64,000 nucleotides of DNA, taken from IMG/VR virus record IMGVR_UViG_3300012016_000003, positions 1-64,000 of that record; one strand, written 5' to 3'. The DNA is from a virus (taxonomy: Duplodnaviria > Caudoviricetes). Shown here piece after piece: positions 1 through 8,663 of this stretch. The position numbers were made by a program, and so were the translations under genes. The notes below the pieces were generated by a model. The model was not told the DNA's origin. It did no database searches and saw nothing but the letters and a program-made list of their open reading frames with translations. How positions within the stretch are numbered: the stretch's first letter is position 1; each line of letters opens with the position of its first letter.

Positions 1-803
1 GTTATATAATCCTCAAAATATTTAATAGCATTTTTACCTATTATAAAAATACCCCAAACATTCAAAGCACCACCTATAGCAGATCCTATAATGGGAATAA
101 ATTTATAAAATGATTTCAGGTAAGTATTAGATTCTGATGCTACTCTTGCAGTAAATTCGACACTTCTTTTTTTGCACATTTTTCTTAAGGTATCACCTGT
201 TAATTCAACAGTATTTTTAAAATAAGTTTCTCCTACCTTAGTACCCAAATTTTCCGCTGTTTTTTTAACACCATTTTCAACACCTTTTTTCATTGAAGGA
301 AATAATTGAATTATGGTTTCTATTAAAGAACTAAATTTTGATGATTCTTGGACGACTACTTCTTTTATTTCTGTTTTAAAAATTTTTCTACCTCCTTCTG
401 CTACAAAACGAAGATGTCTAACTCCCCAATCCTCAACCTTTTTAAGTCCTATGTTCTTGGCCAAATTACTCCCCAATTCATAACCTTTTTGTAATCCAAC
501 TGAATTTCCTACTACTCTAAAGGCTTCAACACTTTTTTCACAAACATTAATTGCAATATTGGTAGATTTGTTATCTATTACTTTTGATATTTTAGTATCT
601 ATACCCAATATAAGTTTTATATAATCTTTATTAGGAATTTCACTGAAATTAAATGAATAACAATTTCCAATTTTTATTATCATTATTGCATTTAAAGAAT
701 AAATTATAGGTATATCAACAAAAGGAAAAGGAATTAAACCAGCAGCAAATCCTCCTACCATAAAACCGTAGAGAAATTTTTCTGCTTTTTTTATAACTAA
801 CAT
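1..803 (-). CDS. Partial DUF697/YcjF-like membrane-associated protein, runs off the left edge; probably not phage (eukaryote-like, AT-rich)
   Basis: Manual translation is open from 803 to the edge: ..KKAEKFLYGFMVGGFAAGLIPFPFVDIPIIYSLNAIMIIKIG....FIPIIGSAIGGALNVWGIFIIGKNAIKYFEDYI. The IPxPxxD and PIIGxxIGG motifs are DUF697-like. Absent from the ORF track because it has no stop. Confidence 0.6.
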   Translation of the reverse strand, partial: MLVIKKAEKFLYGFMVGGFAAGLIPFPFVDIPIIYSLNAIMIIKIGNCYSFNFSEIPNKDYIKLILGIDTKISKVIDNKSTNIAINVCEKSVEAFRVVGNSVGLQKGYELGSNLAKNIGLKKVEDWGVRHLRFVAEGGRKIFKTEIKEVVVQESSKFSSLIETIIQLFPSMKKGVENGVKKTAENLGTKVGETYFKNTVELTGDTLRKMCKKRSVEFTARVASESNTYLKSFYKFIPIIGSAIGGALNVWGIFIIGKNAIKYFEDYI

Positions 804-1178
804 TTAACATTTCGGGCAAATGTGAAAATTAACACTTTCGGTGTTAAGATTTTAACGCTAGATTGTTTCACTTAAAACTATTTTTTCTTGGTCGGCAAAA
901 ATAAGGCTTTCAAATGCTGGAACAAAAACCAAAATAAAGGGCCTTTATTTTCGTATTATTATAGGTTAAAGGAAGCATGAAAGAAAGTATTTATATATAT
1001 ATATATTATATATAAGATTTAAGCACCTAAAACGTTATTTGTAAACAAGTCTTACAATATGTATATACACCTTTAGTTTTGCACAAATAAGCATTTTTGC
1101 GCAGTTTATAACTGCTTGTTTTTCAATGTTTTAAGAGAGCATAGAAAAATATATGTTAAAAGATGTTTAAAAAACACG

Positions 1179-1210
1179 AGACTTGTGTAAAAACCACTTA
1201 TATTTGCAAG
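1179..1210 (+). promoter_or_regulatory. Bacteroidota sigma-A type early promoter
   Basis: -7 box TATATTTG at 1199-1206 with TTG about 20 nt upstream. Confidence 0.7.
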
Positions 1211-1660
1211 TGAAAAGAACAAAGAACAACAAACAAACACGAAAACAAGAAACGGAAAGCAAACATTTTAAAGGTCGTGAAGGAAAACATTTTTAAACCA
1301 TCTTTTTGTAAAGCCTTACATCTTAACGGATGCAGCATTATTCCAAAGGAATAGACCTGATAAATAAAATCTTTCGGATGCTGAATAAAAGAAAAAGGTA
1401 CAAAAAAACGGCTGATAACATTCATCTGCGTGCCCTTAATAAATCGCAGCAATGTATCCGAACAGCTATAAACGGATTAAAATAAAATAGCCCCTTATAA
1501 ACGGATTTAAGGGCGAGACTCATGGTATCGGGGGAAAAGAAAAAGCGGTTTTTCTTTCCTTTAGCCGTACATACCAGTAGACCTCGCCTTTCCAGCCCAG
1601 CAAAGGTTTAATACATTTTCTTGCTGGCACTAAATTTAATAAGTTTAATTTAAAATTATA
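1210..1660 (+). ncRNA. Long structured 5' leader / candidate ncRNA
   Basis: About 460 nt without a credible ORF. Nested stems: AAGGGCGAG/CTCGCCTTT, TGGTAT/ATACCA, GGAAAAGAAAAA/TTTTTCTTTCC, GGTC/GACC, TATTCC/GGAATA. Confidence 0.45.
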
Positions 1661-1672
1661 GGAGATTTAATT

Positions 1673-2008
1673 ATGAAAATCAAGAGTCTATTAAGTGAAT
1701 ACAAGCGCATAGCAAAGGAAATGAAAGCAGAGGCACAGAATTATAATTACCTTTGTAATGCAGTAAGAACAAACTATTGCACAAAAGAAACCTTTGAAAA
1801 GTATCGCAATTCATGGAAAAGACTAATTTCTTTGAATGAACAAGCATATAATATCATGCATGAGTATAGAACTCTTTGCAATAGTTTGAAATATCGCTTT
1901 TTGTTCTTTGTGGGTATCTTACCAAAACAAAACACTTTCCGTTTTGTGAATGATAGCAAAACACAATTTAAATGCAACCAAATGATTAATTTACTTAATT
2001 TGAGATAA
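1673..2008 (+). CDS. Early hypothetical protein
   Basis: 111-aa ORF with AGGAG upstream; first ORF after the promoter. Confidence 0.75.
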   Translation: MKIKSLLSEYKRIAKEMKAEAQNYNYLCNAVRTNYCTKETFEKYRNSWKRLISLNEQAYNIMHEYRTLCNSLKYRFLFFVGILPKQNTFRFVNDSKTQFKCNQMINLLNLR

Positions 2009-2023
2009 CATTTTCAATATTTT

Positions 2024-2050
2024 AAAGGGGCTAAAATAAAGCCCCTTTTT
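2024..2050 (+). terminator. Intrinsic terminator
   Basis: AAAGGGGCT-aaaataa-AGCCCCTTTTT. Confidence 0.7.
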
Positions 2051-2118
2051 CATTCAATCAAGTTTTTATTTTATCTGTTTATTATAAGTTTAATTTAATT
2101 TATTAGGAGGACAAAATT

Positions 2119-3417
2119 ATGTTGTTTAGAAATTCAGTATCAGGGCAAGAAATGAACGTGACTAACTTAAAGTTAGTAAACGGCCGTATATTCTTCAGTG
2201 TTCGCAATAAAGGATGCGGTACGAAATTTTTCAATCGTAACGTATGCTTGGAACTCGACGAGAACGTGGAAAACGGAACATTTCTAAAGGTTGCAGCGGG
2301 CTGGGAACTAGCTAAAGCACCTAAAGAAAGCAAGCCCCGCACAAAGGCCGAAAGCAAGCCAGCACCAAAGGCAGAAAAGCCCGCAGAAAGCCCAAAGGCT
2401 GCGGAAAGTACACCAGCAACAGCAACAGCGGAAAAGCCCGCAGAAACGGCTGAAAATGCGAAACTGGGCGAACAATTAGCAAGCCTTATTTCTAGCATGA
2501 AAGGCGGTGTTATAGATTATAACAAAGTGCGTGAAATTGCAAAGGAGGAAGTCAAGGCCGAACTAAAGGCACAAAAGCCCGACAAGGTTGTAGAAATTCG
2601 GATATTAGGAAAAGAAGACACAAAGCCAGTTAGCAACCCGCACCCGCTGTTAGATAAAGTTCTCGCACTGGTTGTAAATGATAGGGCTTTAGGCCGTTAT
2701 CCTTGGCTATTTGGCCCTGCTGGTAGTGGAAAGTCTACAATCGCAAAACAAGTTGCAGAAAGCCTAAATCTGCCTTTTTACAGCGTTTCAGCTATTCAGC
2801 AGAAATACGAATTAGAAGGTTATACGGATGCTGCGGGCGAACTTGTGAAGACTAGCTTTTACCATGCAATGAACAAAGGCGGTATTTTTCTGTTTGACGA
2901 AGCAGCGAACACTGCGCCCGAAGTCCAGGTGGCCTTTAATTCAGTGGCCGCAAATTTGCTTTATAATTTCCCCAAAGAAGGAATGAAAAAAGCCCATCCC
3001 GATTTTCATATCATTGCTGCGGATAATACAACTGGGCGGGGTGCAAATTCCACATATAGCGCACGTTTTCAGCTAGATGCAAGCACACTAGACCGATACA
3101 TCACAATCAAAGTTCCTTATACTTTAGAACTGGATATGCTTAAAGCCGAAAACGATAAAGAATTAGTTACATTCATTCATGATATTAGGAAGGCTATAGA
3201 AAGCGCAAATTTAACATATACAGCCAGCCCACGAGCATTGCAAAGTATAAAGGGAATGCAAAAACTATCCCCTATTTTTACCGATTTAGAAGCCTTTTAT
3301 TTGGGCCTTTGCAGCGGATGGGATATTCAGGATGTTAAAACGCTTTCAGGGCTTTTGAACGGAAATAATAAATACTATGCGATGTTCAATCAAATTGCCA
3401 GCGGTAAAACTAAATAA
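2119..3417 (+). CDS. MoxR/CbbQ/CobS-like AAA+ ATPase with N-terminal extension and PAE/K linker
   Basis: Walker A GPAGSGKS, Walker B FLFDE, HPDFHIIAADNT and LDASTLDRY motifs. Confidence 0.9.
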   Translation: MLFRNSVSGQEMNVTNLKLVNGRIFFSVRNKGCGTKFFNRNVCLELDENVENGTFLKVAAGWELAKAPKESKPRTKAESKPAPKAEKPAESPKAAESTPATATAEKPAETAENAKLGEQLASLISSMKGGVIDYNKVREIAKEEVKAELKAQKPDKVVEIRILGKEDTKPVSNPHPLLDKVLALVVNDRALGRYPWLFGPAGSGKSTIAKQVAESLNLPFYSVSAIQQKYELEGYTDAAGELVKTSFYHAMNKGGIFLFDEAANTAPEVQVAFNSVAANLLYNFPKEGMKKAHPDFHIIAADNTTGRGANSTYSARFQLDASTLDRYITIKVPYTLELDMLKAENDKELVTFIHDIRKAIESANLTYTASPRALQSIKGMQKLSPIFTDLEAFYLGLCSGWDIQDVKTLSGLLNGNNKYYAMFNQIASGKTK

Positions 3418-3426
3418 AAAATAAAT

Positions 3427-4245
3427 ATGGATACTTTCAAAACTTATAATAGCGTAGCGGAACTTTCCGCTGCGCTTTCGGGTAAAGTTATAAACGAATA
3501 CACCGCAAAATATAATCGGGATTTTGCCAGCAGAACGGAAAGCGAGAATAAATCCTTTGCGGGCGTTTCGGGGCTTGCTGAAGCGCAAAAACTTTTAGTT
3601 TATGGGGATGCAAAGGCAGCCCAAAAAATAAAGGCTGTAGGCGAATTTAAAGCCCCTGAAAAGGAAAACAAGCCTATTCTAACAACTGGTGTCGTGGGTT
3701 GTCTGCCACATATCCCCAACTATTTGCGGGGCGTGCCTAATTCAATGATGCAAATAAAAAGCAATGCAAGGAAAAAGCCAATAATAAATATATTTGTAGA
3801 ATGCACTATAAATGATGGTATAAACACAACCGAACTCGCTAAAAAATGCGCTATTATTGCTAATTCTATAGCAGCTATAGAGCTAAACGGGTATAGGATA
3901 AATTTAAACGCAATTTGCGGTTCAGGGAACAGCAGAAATAAGGCGGGCTTTTGCGTAAACATAAAGAAAGCAGATGCCCCGCTGAACCTTTTAAATATAG
4001 CCTTTCCCCTAACAAATAAAGCCTTTTGTCGGGCTATCTATTTACGCTGGGCGGATACAAACGTAAAAAGTACGCTTGATTCTATTTGGGCGGTATATGG
4101 TTCTTTATTAGATAAAAGCGAATTAAAAAAGAAATTGAATATAGATGGCCTTTTTATTTCTATGGTGGAACTAGTAAGGCACAACACAACACAAAAAGAA
4201 CTAGAAACGGAAATAAACAAATACCTTTCCGAAAACAACCGCTAA
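3427..4245 (+). CDS. Probable VWA/CobT-like partner of the AAA+ ATPase
   Basis: Adjacent to the ATPase. GxLPHIPNYLRGVPNSMM motif and beta-alpha pattern typical of phage MoxR partners; no clear DxSxS. Confidence 0.55.
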   Translation: MDTFKTYNSVAELSAALSGKVINEYTAKYNRDFASRTESENKSFAGVSGLAEAQKLLVYGDAKAAQKIKAVGEFKAPEKENKPILTTGVVGCLPHIPNYLRGVPNSMMQIKSNARKKPIINIFVECTINDGINTTELAKKCAIIANSIAAIELNGYRINLNAICGSGNSRNKAGFCVNIKKADAPLNLLNIAFPLTNKAFCRAIYLRWADTNVKSTLDSIWAVYGSLLDKSELKKKLNIDGLFISMVELVRHNTTQKELETEINKYLSENNR

Positions 4246-4249
4246 AAGG

Positions 4250-4420
4250 CGGTCGGGGTGCTTGATACATAACCCGCCTATAATCAGGGCGGGCCGATTG
4301 TGGCAAATAGGGGCGAGCCCTATAGCACCCACAAATTTTTGATTTAAGCCCTTTAAATAGGGGCGGGCGGGGATTTATACCTCCCCGCCTTTTCCCCGCC
4401 TGAGACGCTTTTAAATCGGC
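4250..4420 (+). promoter_or_regulatory. GC-rich hairpin cluster (processing/termination signals)
   Basis: CCCGCC/GGCGGG, ATAGGG-GCGA-CCCTAT-type and GGCGGGGA/TCCCCGCC stems in an AT-rich intergenic region. Confidence 0.45.
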
Positions 4421-4464
4421 TTTATTTTAAAAACATTTTACGCTATTTATAAATTTATAGAAAT

Positions 4465-4932
4465 ATGAAAGCAGAAGAATTTGAAAAACGGCTGAATGAA
4501 ATCACACAGTCAGTCAGTTCCCGATTTGGCGGGATAACCTTAGAGCCAGTAAATGACTGGTTTGGCAAACATGTTGACGCAGAAACATACTCTGCGACCT
4601 CCGAGTACTACATGGAAAGACAGCTTGTTGATTTAGGGAAAGGCAAAAGGAAGACGGCTTTCATGTCCGACATATCTCATGCGGAATGTTTCGGTCTGGG
4701 TGCGTTGCTTGGCACATTCCGAAACGCCTCAATGTCTTGGTGCGATGATGTTGAATATGTTGCGGAGTTTATCCTTTGCCTGAACTGGAAGGCGTGGGAA
4801 CATGACGCAAGAAAGAAGAATAAATGGGCGACGGTCTATTCACTTTTATTCGAGGACTTTCGTGACCTGATGTATGACTATTACGAGGGCGATGATAAAA
4901 AGACCGAGTACCTTTGGCACTATCTAGACTAA
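4465..4932 (+). CDS. Conserved gut-phage hypothetical protein
   Basis: 155 aa; EFILCLNWKAWEH..Y...YLWHYLD pattern. Confidence 0.8.
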   Translation: MKAEEFEKRLNEITQSVSSRFGGITLEPVNDWFGKHVDAETYSATSEYYMERQLVDLGKGKRKTAFMSDISHAECFGLGALLGTFRNASMSWCDDVEYVAEFILCLNWKAWEHDARKKNKWATVYSLLFEDFRDLMYDYYEGDDKKTEYLWHYLD

Positions 4933-5081
4933 TACCCCTAATTATTAAATTAAACCCTTGTGCCCGTTGGCGTTATTAAAATGCGGCGGGCACTTTATAG
5001 GGGCGGGCTCTTTCAGGGGCTTGCAAGGCTTTAAAAGGGGCTTAAATTAAATTTAATTATATCACTTTAATTTTATATTTT

Positions 5082-5516
5082 ATGAGTTCTTTTATAATAG
5101 ATAAAAAAGAATACATTAAGGCTGCGGGCCTCATGTATGGACTTGAAAGTAAAAGAAAATGCCCGAACACTTATTTCTTGGAAAACGTGCGACAAAAGTT
5201 TGAACAGCTTTATAAATTAAACATTTTAAGCGTAGCCGAGCAATATGGTGACGACCCCGATACTATAGGCGAGGACGGGTGTAGTTATGACGGTGTTTTC
5301 ATTGCGTATAAGACCCGTGTAGAAATCATTGACGACATTGAATTGCTTGCTGTCAAGAACGGCCTCTTCCAGTTCTTTGAGTCTATTTTGTACCAAATCG
5401 AAAACCCCGACATGAATAAGGAGGCCAGCGCATTTCTTTATAAATGCACAGCTAAACTAATAGACATTTGCAATGAACATCCCGAAGTTAGCTGGTGGGG
5501 AAAAGTAGGCATTTAA
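5082..5516 (+). CDS. Early hypothetical protein
   Basis: 144-aa ORF with A/T-rich start context. Confidence 0.75.
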   Translation: MSSFIIDKKEYIKAAGLMYGLESKRKCPNTYFLENVRQKFEQLYKLNILSVAEQYGDDPDTIGEDGCSYDGVFIAYKTRVEIIDDIELLAVKNGLFQFFESILYQIENPDMNKEASAFLYKCTAKLIDICNEHPEVSWWGKVGI

Positions 5517-5530
5517 ACTAATTTAAAGAT

Positions 5531-5803
5531 ATGAATACGGACGACATTTATGTAAGGAATTTTGACGGTACGCTTGTACCGCTGAAGGAGAACGGGAATT
5601 ACAAAAAATACGAAGGCTGCGTGTTCTGCGGATTTTACGCAGCCTTGGCCGTATGGGGCGAGGATAACGCTGGCGACCTTTTCGCTGTATTCAGTACCCC
5701 GATACTAGTACCAGCCTATAACAAGAACGGCAAGCGTATAAACGTGGGCAAGGAAAAGGCTGGTATGACGTACACCGAAGGACGTGGATGGTATAACGAA
5801 TAA
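5531..5803 (+). CDS. Early hypothetical protein
   Basis: 90-aa ORF in a tightly packed run. Confidence 0.7.
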   Translation: MNTDDIYVRNFDGTLVPLKENGNYKKYEGCVFCGFYAALAVWGEDNAGDLFAVFSTPILVPAYNKNGKRINVGKEKAGMTYTEGRGWYNE

Positions 5804-5822
5804 TAAATAAATAAATGACGAT

Positions 5823-6023
5823 ATGAAAAGGACTTTTAATTACTTTGTATGTGCGGTGGCTATATTAGTAGCCATCACACTTGTTACGGCTGGCGGGCTG
5901 TGGTCGCTGGCTGGATTTGTTCTTGGTGCTCTGCTTTATGTTTCGGGGTTGAAATTCCCGACTTGGTGGCGAACATTCTACAAGACGAATCTGCGTATAT
6001 TGGCGTATTTTGACTTACTTTAA
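5823..6023 (+). CDS. Small membrane protein
   Basis: 66 aa with two hydrophobic segments. Confidence 0.7.
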   Translation: MKRTFNYFVCAVAILVAITLVTAGGLWSLAGFVLGALLYVSGLKFPTWWRTFYKTNLRILAYFDLL

Positions 6024-6037
6024 ATAAATTTATATAT

Positions 6038-6265
6038 ATGAAAGTTTTAGATTTTACCCCTTTAAATGAAGTTATAGAAGCGGGTGCGAAATTTCATCAT
6101 CAAGCATTCAGGCGGGGATACCACCCAGTATCAGCTGGCGTGACGAAAGAAACCTACGAGGGGCGTTTCGGACGTGGCTATATTGTAGCATTCCCATCGA
6201 CTCGTGTTGGCATCGGCAGAAAGATGTCAAATAACTATCACGTTATTGAATACTATTTGTTTTAA
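6038..6265 (+). CDS. Early hypothetical protein
   Basis: 75-aa ORF. Confidence 0.7.
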   Translation: MKVLDFTPLNEVIEAGAKFHHQAFRRGYHPVSAGVTKETYEGRFGRGYIVAFPSTRVGIGRKMSNNYHVIEYYLF

Positions 6266-6282
6266 ATTAAATAAAATTCATT

Positions 6283-6852
6283 ATGGAAATACTAATAGAC
6301 AAAGCGCCTTGGCGCACCGATTTATATACGATTTGTGACGAGTTCCCCGAAGGTTATATTGTTTGGAATATAGGACGTAAAAACTTCCCGCACCCAGCAT
6401 TTATTCCGCTGGCTATCCCGACCGATGAGTTTCATATATCCCTAAACGGATTGAAGGCCCTAAAGGTTGAAAGCGAGGAGGTCGCCTTATACATTTTAAA
6501 GGCTGCTGGGCGGGGTACATACGGCAAGATAGATAGAAACAACATCGGCAAAGTAATAGCCGATTACAAGCGAAATATGGATTATCTTGAAGAATTAAGA
6601 CAAAGGTACAATGAAGTGATGTACGATGAGCGTGACATCATCAAAAAGTTCTGCCAGCCTCATGACGGATTGCACTTTGAAACCGCCATCGAAATGATTG
6701 GCTACAATGGCGACAACATTTCAGTAACCGACATTAAGCTAGACAAAGATAGGGTTGTGGTATTTGTTGGACTTTCGCATGGCAAGCAAAATGAATACGA
6801 ATGCGGTGACTTTGCATACGGTGAGTTAAGTAAGGTCATCGAGGCAATATAA
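6283..6852 (+). CDS. Early hypothetical protein
   Basis: 189 aa; WNIGxxNxPxxxFIPLA motif. Confidence 0.75.
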   Translation: MEILIDKAPWRTDLYTICDEFPEGYIVWNIGRKNFPHPAFIPLAIPTDEFHISLNGLKALKVESEEVALYILKAAGRGTYGKIDRNNIGKVIADYKRNMDYLEELRQRYNEVMYDERDIIKKFCQPHDGLHFETAIEMIGYNGDNISVTDIKLDKDRVVVFVGLSHGKQNEYECGDFAYGELSKVIEAI

Positions 6853-6886
6853 TAATTAATAATATATAATTAATAAAGCGTTTATT

Positions 6887-7168
6887 ATGAAAAAGTATGC
6901 AATAACAATTTCCGCCATTGTAGGCGACAAAGCAATGATTATTTTTAGTCAAGAATTTGCGTTTAATATGATGACGCACGTTGAGCAATTCCTTGAAATT
7001 TTGCGAATCATTACCCCGACAGTTGACTGGAAGTTTGATGATGGCGACATAAAGCCTTATACTGAATACTTGCAGTACTCAACAAGTTCGGATGATGATG
7101 GAAATTATCTGCTGGCTACTTGGTGTAAAACCAGCGACTATAAAGAAGTTGAACTATTTAATAAATAA
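6887..7168 (+). CDS. Hypothetical protein
   Basis: 93-aa ORF. Confidence 0.7.
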   Translation: MKKYAITISAIVGDKAMIIFSQEFAFNMMTHVEQFLEILRIITPTVDWKFDDGDIKPYTEYLQYSTSSDDDGNYLLATWCKTSDYKEVELFNK

Positions 7169-7174
7169 TGCGAC

Positions 7175-7468
7175 ATGAAATCTGCTTGGATATTATTCAG
7201 TACAAATGACTACCCAGTCGGCATCTGCTGCGGAAGTGAAAAAGACGCAAAGGAACAGTTAAGGCTTTTAGCCGTGGCCGAAGCTGATAATTGCGACACC
7301 GAAATTGCCGAAGAAACATTTACTTACATACACTTTAAAGACGGAAGGCATGTAAGAATGATTAAAGCCCCGATTTGCAGCGGGCTAGAAGAATTTGCAA
7401 AGGCTTATGGCTGTAGCTATTTATTAGAAAATGAAAATTTAAAATATACAAATGTAACATGGAAATAA
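7175..7468 (+). CDS. Hypothetical protein
   Basis: 97-aa ORF. Confidence 0.7.
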   Translation: MKSAWILFSTNDYPVGICCGSEKDAKEQLRLLAVAEADNCDTEIAEETFTYIHFKDGRHVRMIKAPICSGLEEFAKAYGCSYLLENENLKYTNVTWK

Positions 7469-7619
7469 TTTTGATTTTAGGAATCTGCGGACTAATCTTC
7501 AGTGGTGGTTTGTTCCGCATGGGTGGAAAGTAAGGCGGTATAAATAAAATTGTTGTAGCCGTAGCAAAAACGGCTACCGCCACAAAGATATATATTACTT
7601 AATTTAATACTTTACAATT

Positions 7620-7841
7620 ATGACAAATCTAGAGGTAAGGTTTATGGAAACTGCAAGCAGTTTCTTCACAAGAAAAGTAAACTGGGAACAAGTACGGGTA
7701 GACGCAGCTATTGCAGCAATGCAAGGACTAATAAGCGGAAAGCCCGAAAGTGTAAGAATGAGCAACTGGCAAGCTGCGCAAATCGCAGTCGGGTATGCCG
7801 ATGCTCTAGTAGAAACGCTAAAAGAAAAATCAAGCAAATAA
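7620..7841 (+). CDS. Hypothetical protein
   Basis: WEQVRVDAAIAAMQG..AVGYADALVETLK motif; a similar motif occurs inside ORF 20865..22043. Confidence 0.75.
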   Translation: MTNLEVRFMETASSFFTRKVNWEQVRVDAAIAAMQGLISGKPESVRMSNWQAAQIAVGYADALVETLKEKSSK

Positions 7842-7868
7842 ATGTCAAACAAATAAAGTAGAAGAATT

Positions 7869-8192
7869 ATGGGAAAATTCGTTCCAATGAAGGCCGACAA
7901 AATTAACTTCAAACAAATGTTGTTATTCAAACAAATGTTGTTAAAAGGTTTCATCGTAAAGTACGATGGAGGTGGTCACGATTTTATAGAGGTCATAGAC
8001 CGCAATGCAGACCAGTGGCAATTAGACAAGAATGTTGGAAGCTGCGAGGGCTCACATCGTTACCCCTATGCGCCATACTTAGTCGAGAAAGCTATCGAAG
8101 AACTAAAGGCCGAGGGCTATGTGGTGGTAAAGAAAACGAGTGAGGCAAGTGGTTGTTGTCAATATCACGCAAGTTATTATTACCTTGCGTGA
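7869..8192 (+). CDS. Hypothetical protein
   Basis: 107-aa ORF. Confidence 0.7.
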   Translation: MGKFVPMKADKINFKQMLLFKQMLLKGFIVKYDGGGHDFIEVIDRNADQWQLDKNVGSCEGSHRYPYAPYLVEKAIEELKAEGYVVVKKTSEASGCCQYHASYYYLA

Positions 8193-8225
8193 CTGATTGT
8201 TTAATCAAAATTAAAAGATACTATT

Positions 8226-8411
8226 ATGAAAAATTTTCAGGTAAATGTAATTGGCTTTAATGTGCCAGTATTTATGATTAACTATGCAAGTTATATTACC
8301 AAGTGGGAGGAAGGCTGGTTTGGCGACCGCATATTTACGCTCGTTGCCCCGACCGAGGTGTATGACCAGATTAGCGGTCTTACCGAAGAATGTATTGAAA
8401 TTGTCAAATAA
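8226..8411 (+). CDS. Hypothetical protein
   Basis: 61-aa ORF. Confidence 0.65.
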   Translation: MKNFQVNVIGFNVPVFMINYASYITKWEEGWFGDRIFTLVAPTEVYDQISGLTEECIEIVK

Positions 8412-8432
8412 ACAAAATTAAGATATTAAGAT

Positions 8433-8663
8433 ATGAGAAATAAAACTTTAGCAGAACTTGAAGCACAGTACAAAAGACTTCTAGTAAAGGCATTTCCGAA
8501 ATTAAGATTTGTCGGAATCAGGTGGAACTGGTATAAGGTTTATAAAGATAAAGACCCGTTCAGTGACCCGACATTCCATCGCATTCACACTGCATTTGTG
8601 AGCACTGCGATAAAAAGAGGTCACCCATTTTACACAAACTTAAAAAATCACAGTAAGTCATGA
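8433..8663 (+). CDS. Hypothetical protein
   Basis: 76 aa; ATGA overlap with the next gene. Confidence 0.65.
   Translation: MRNKTLAELEAQYKRLLVKAFPKLRFVGIRWNWYKVYKDKDPFSDPTFHRIHTAFVSTAIKRGHPFYTNLKNHSKS

Noticed and set aside
990-1016. (AT)n run as a functional repeat
   Set aside because: Short and within an AT-rich end region; could aid melting but has no supporting evidence.
1350-1400. Hammerhead ribozyme (CUGAUAA)
   Set aside because: The core is not CUGANGA and no matching GAAA/stem arrangement was found.
1198-1452. Minus-strand 84-aa ORF in the leader
   Set aside because: F/L-rich shadow of an A-rich strand with no upstream promoter or start context.
1655-2118. Shine-Dalgarno use unique to the first genes
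   Set aside because: AGGAG(G) also precedes several later genes (e.g. 17865, 22424, 35936, 55534).
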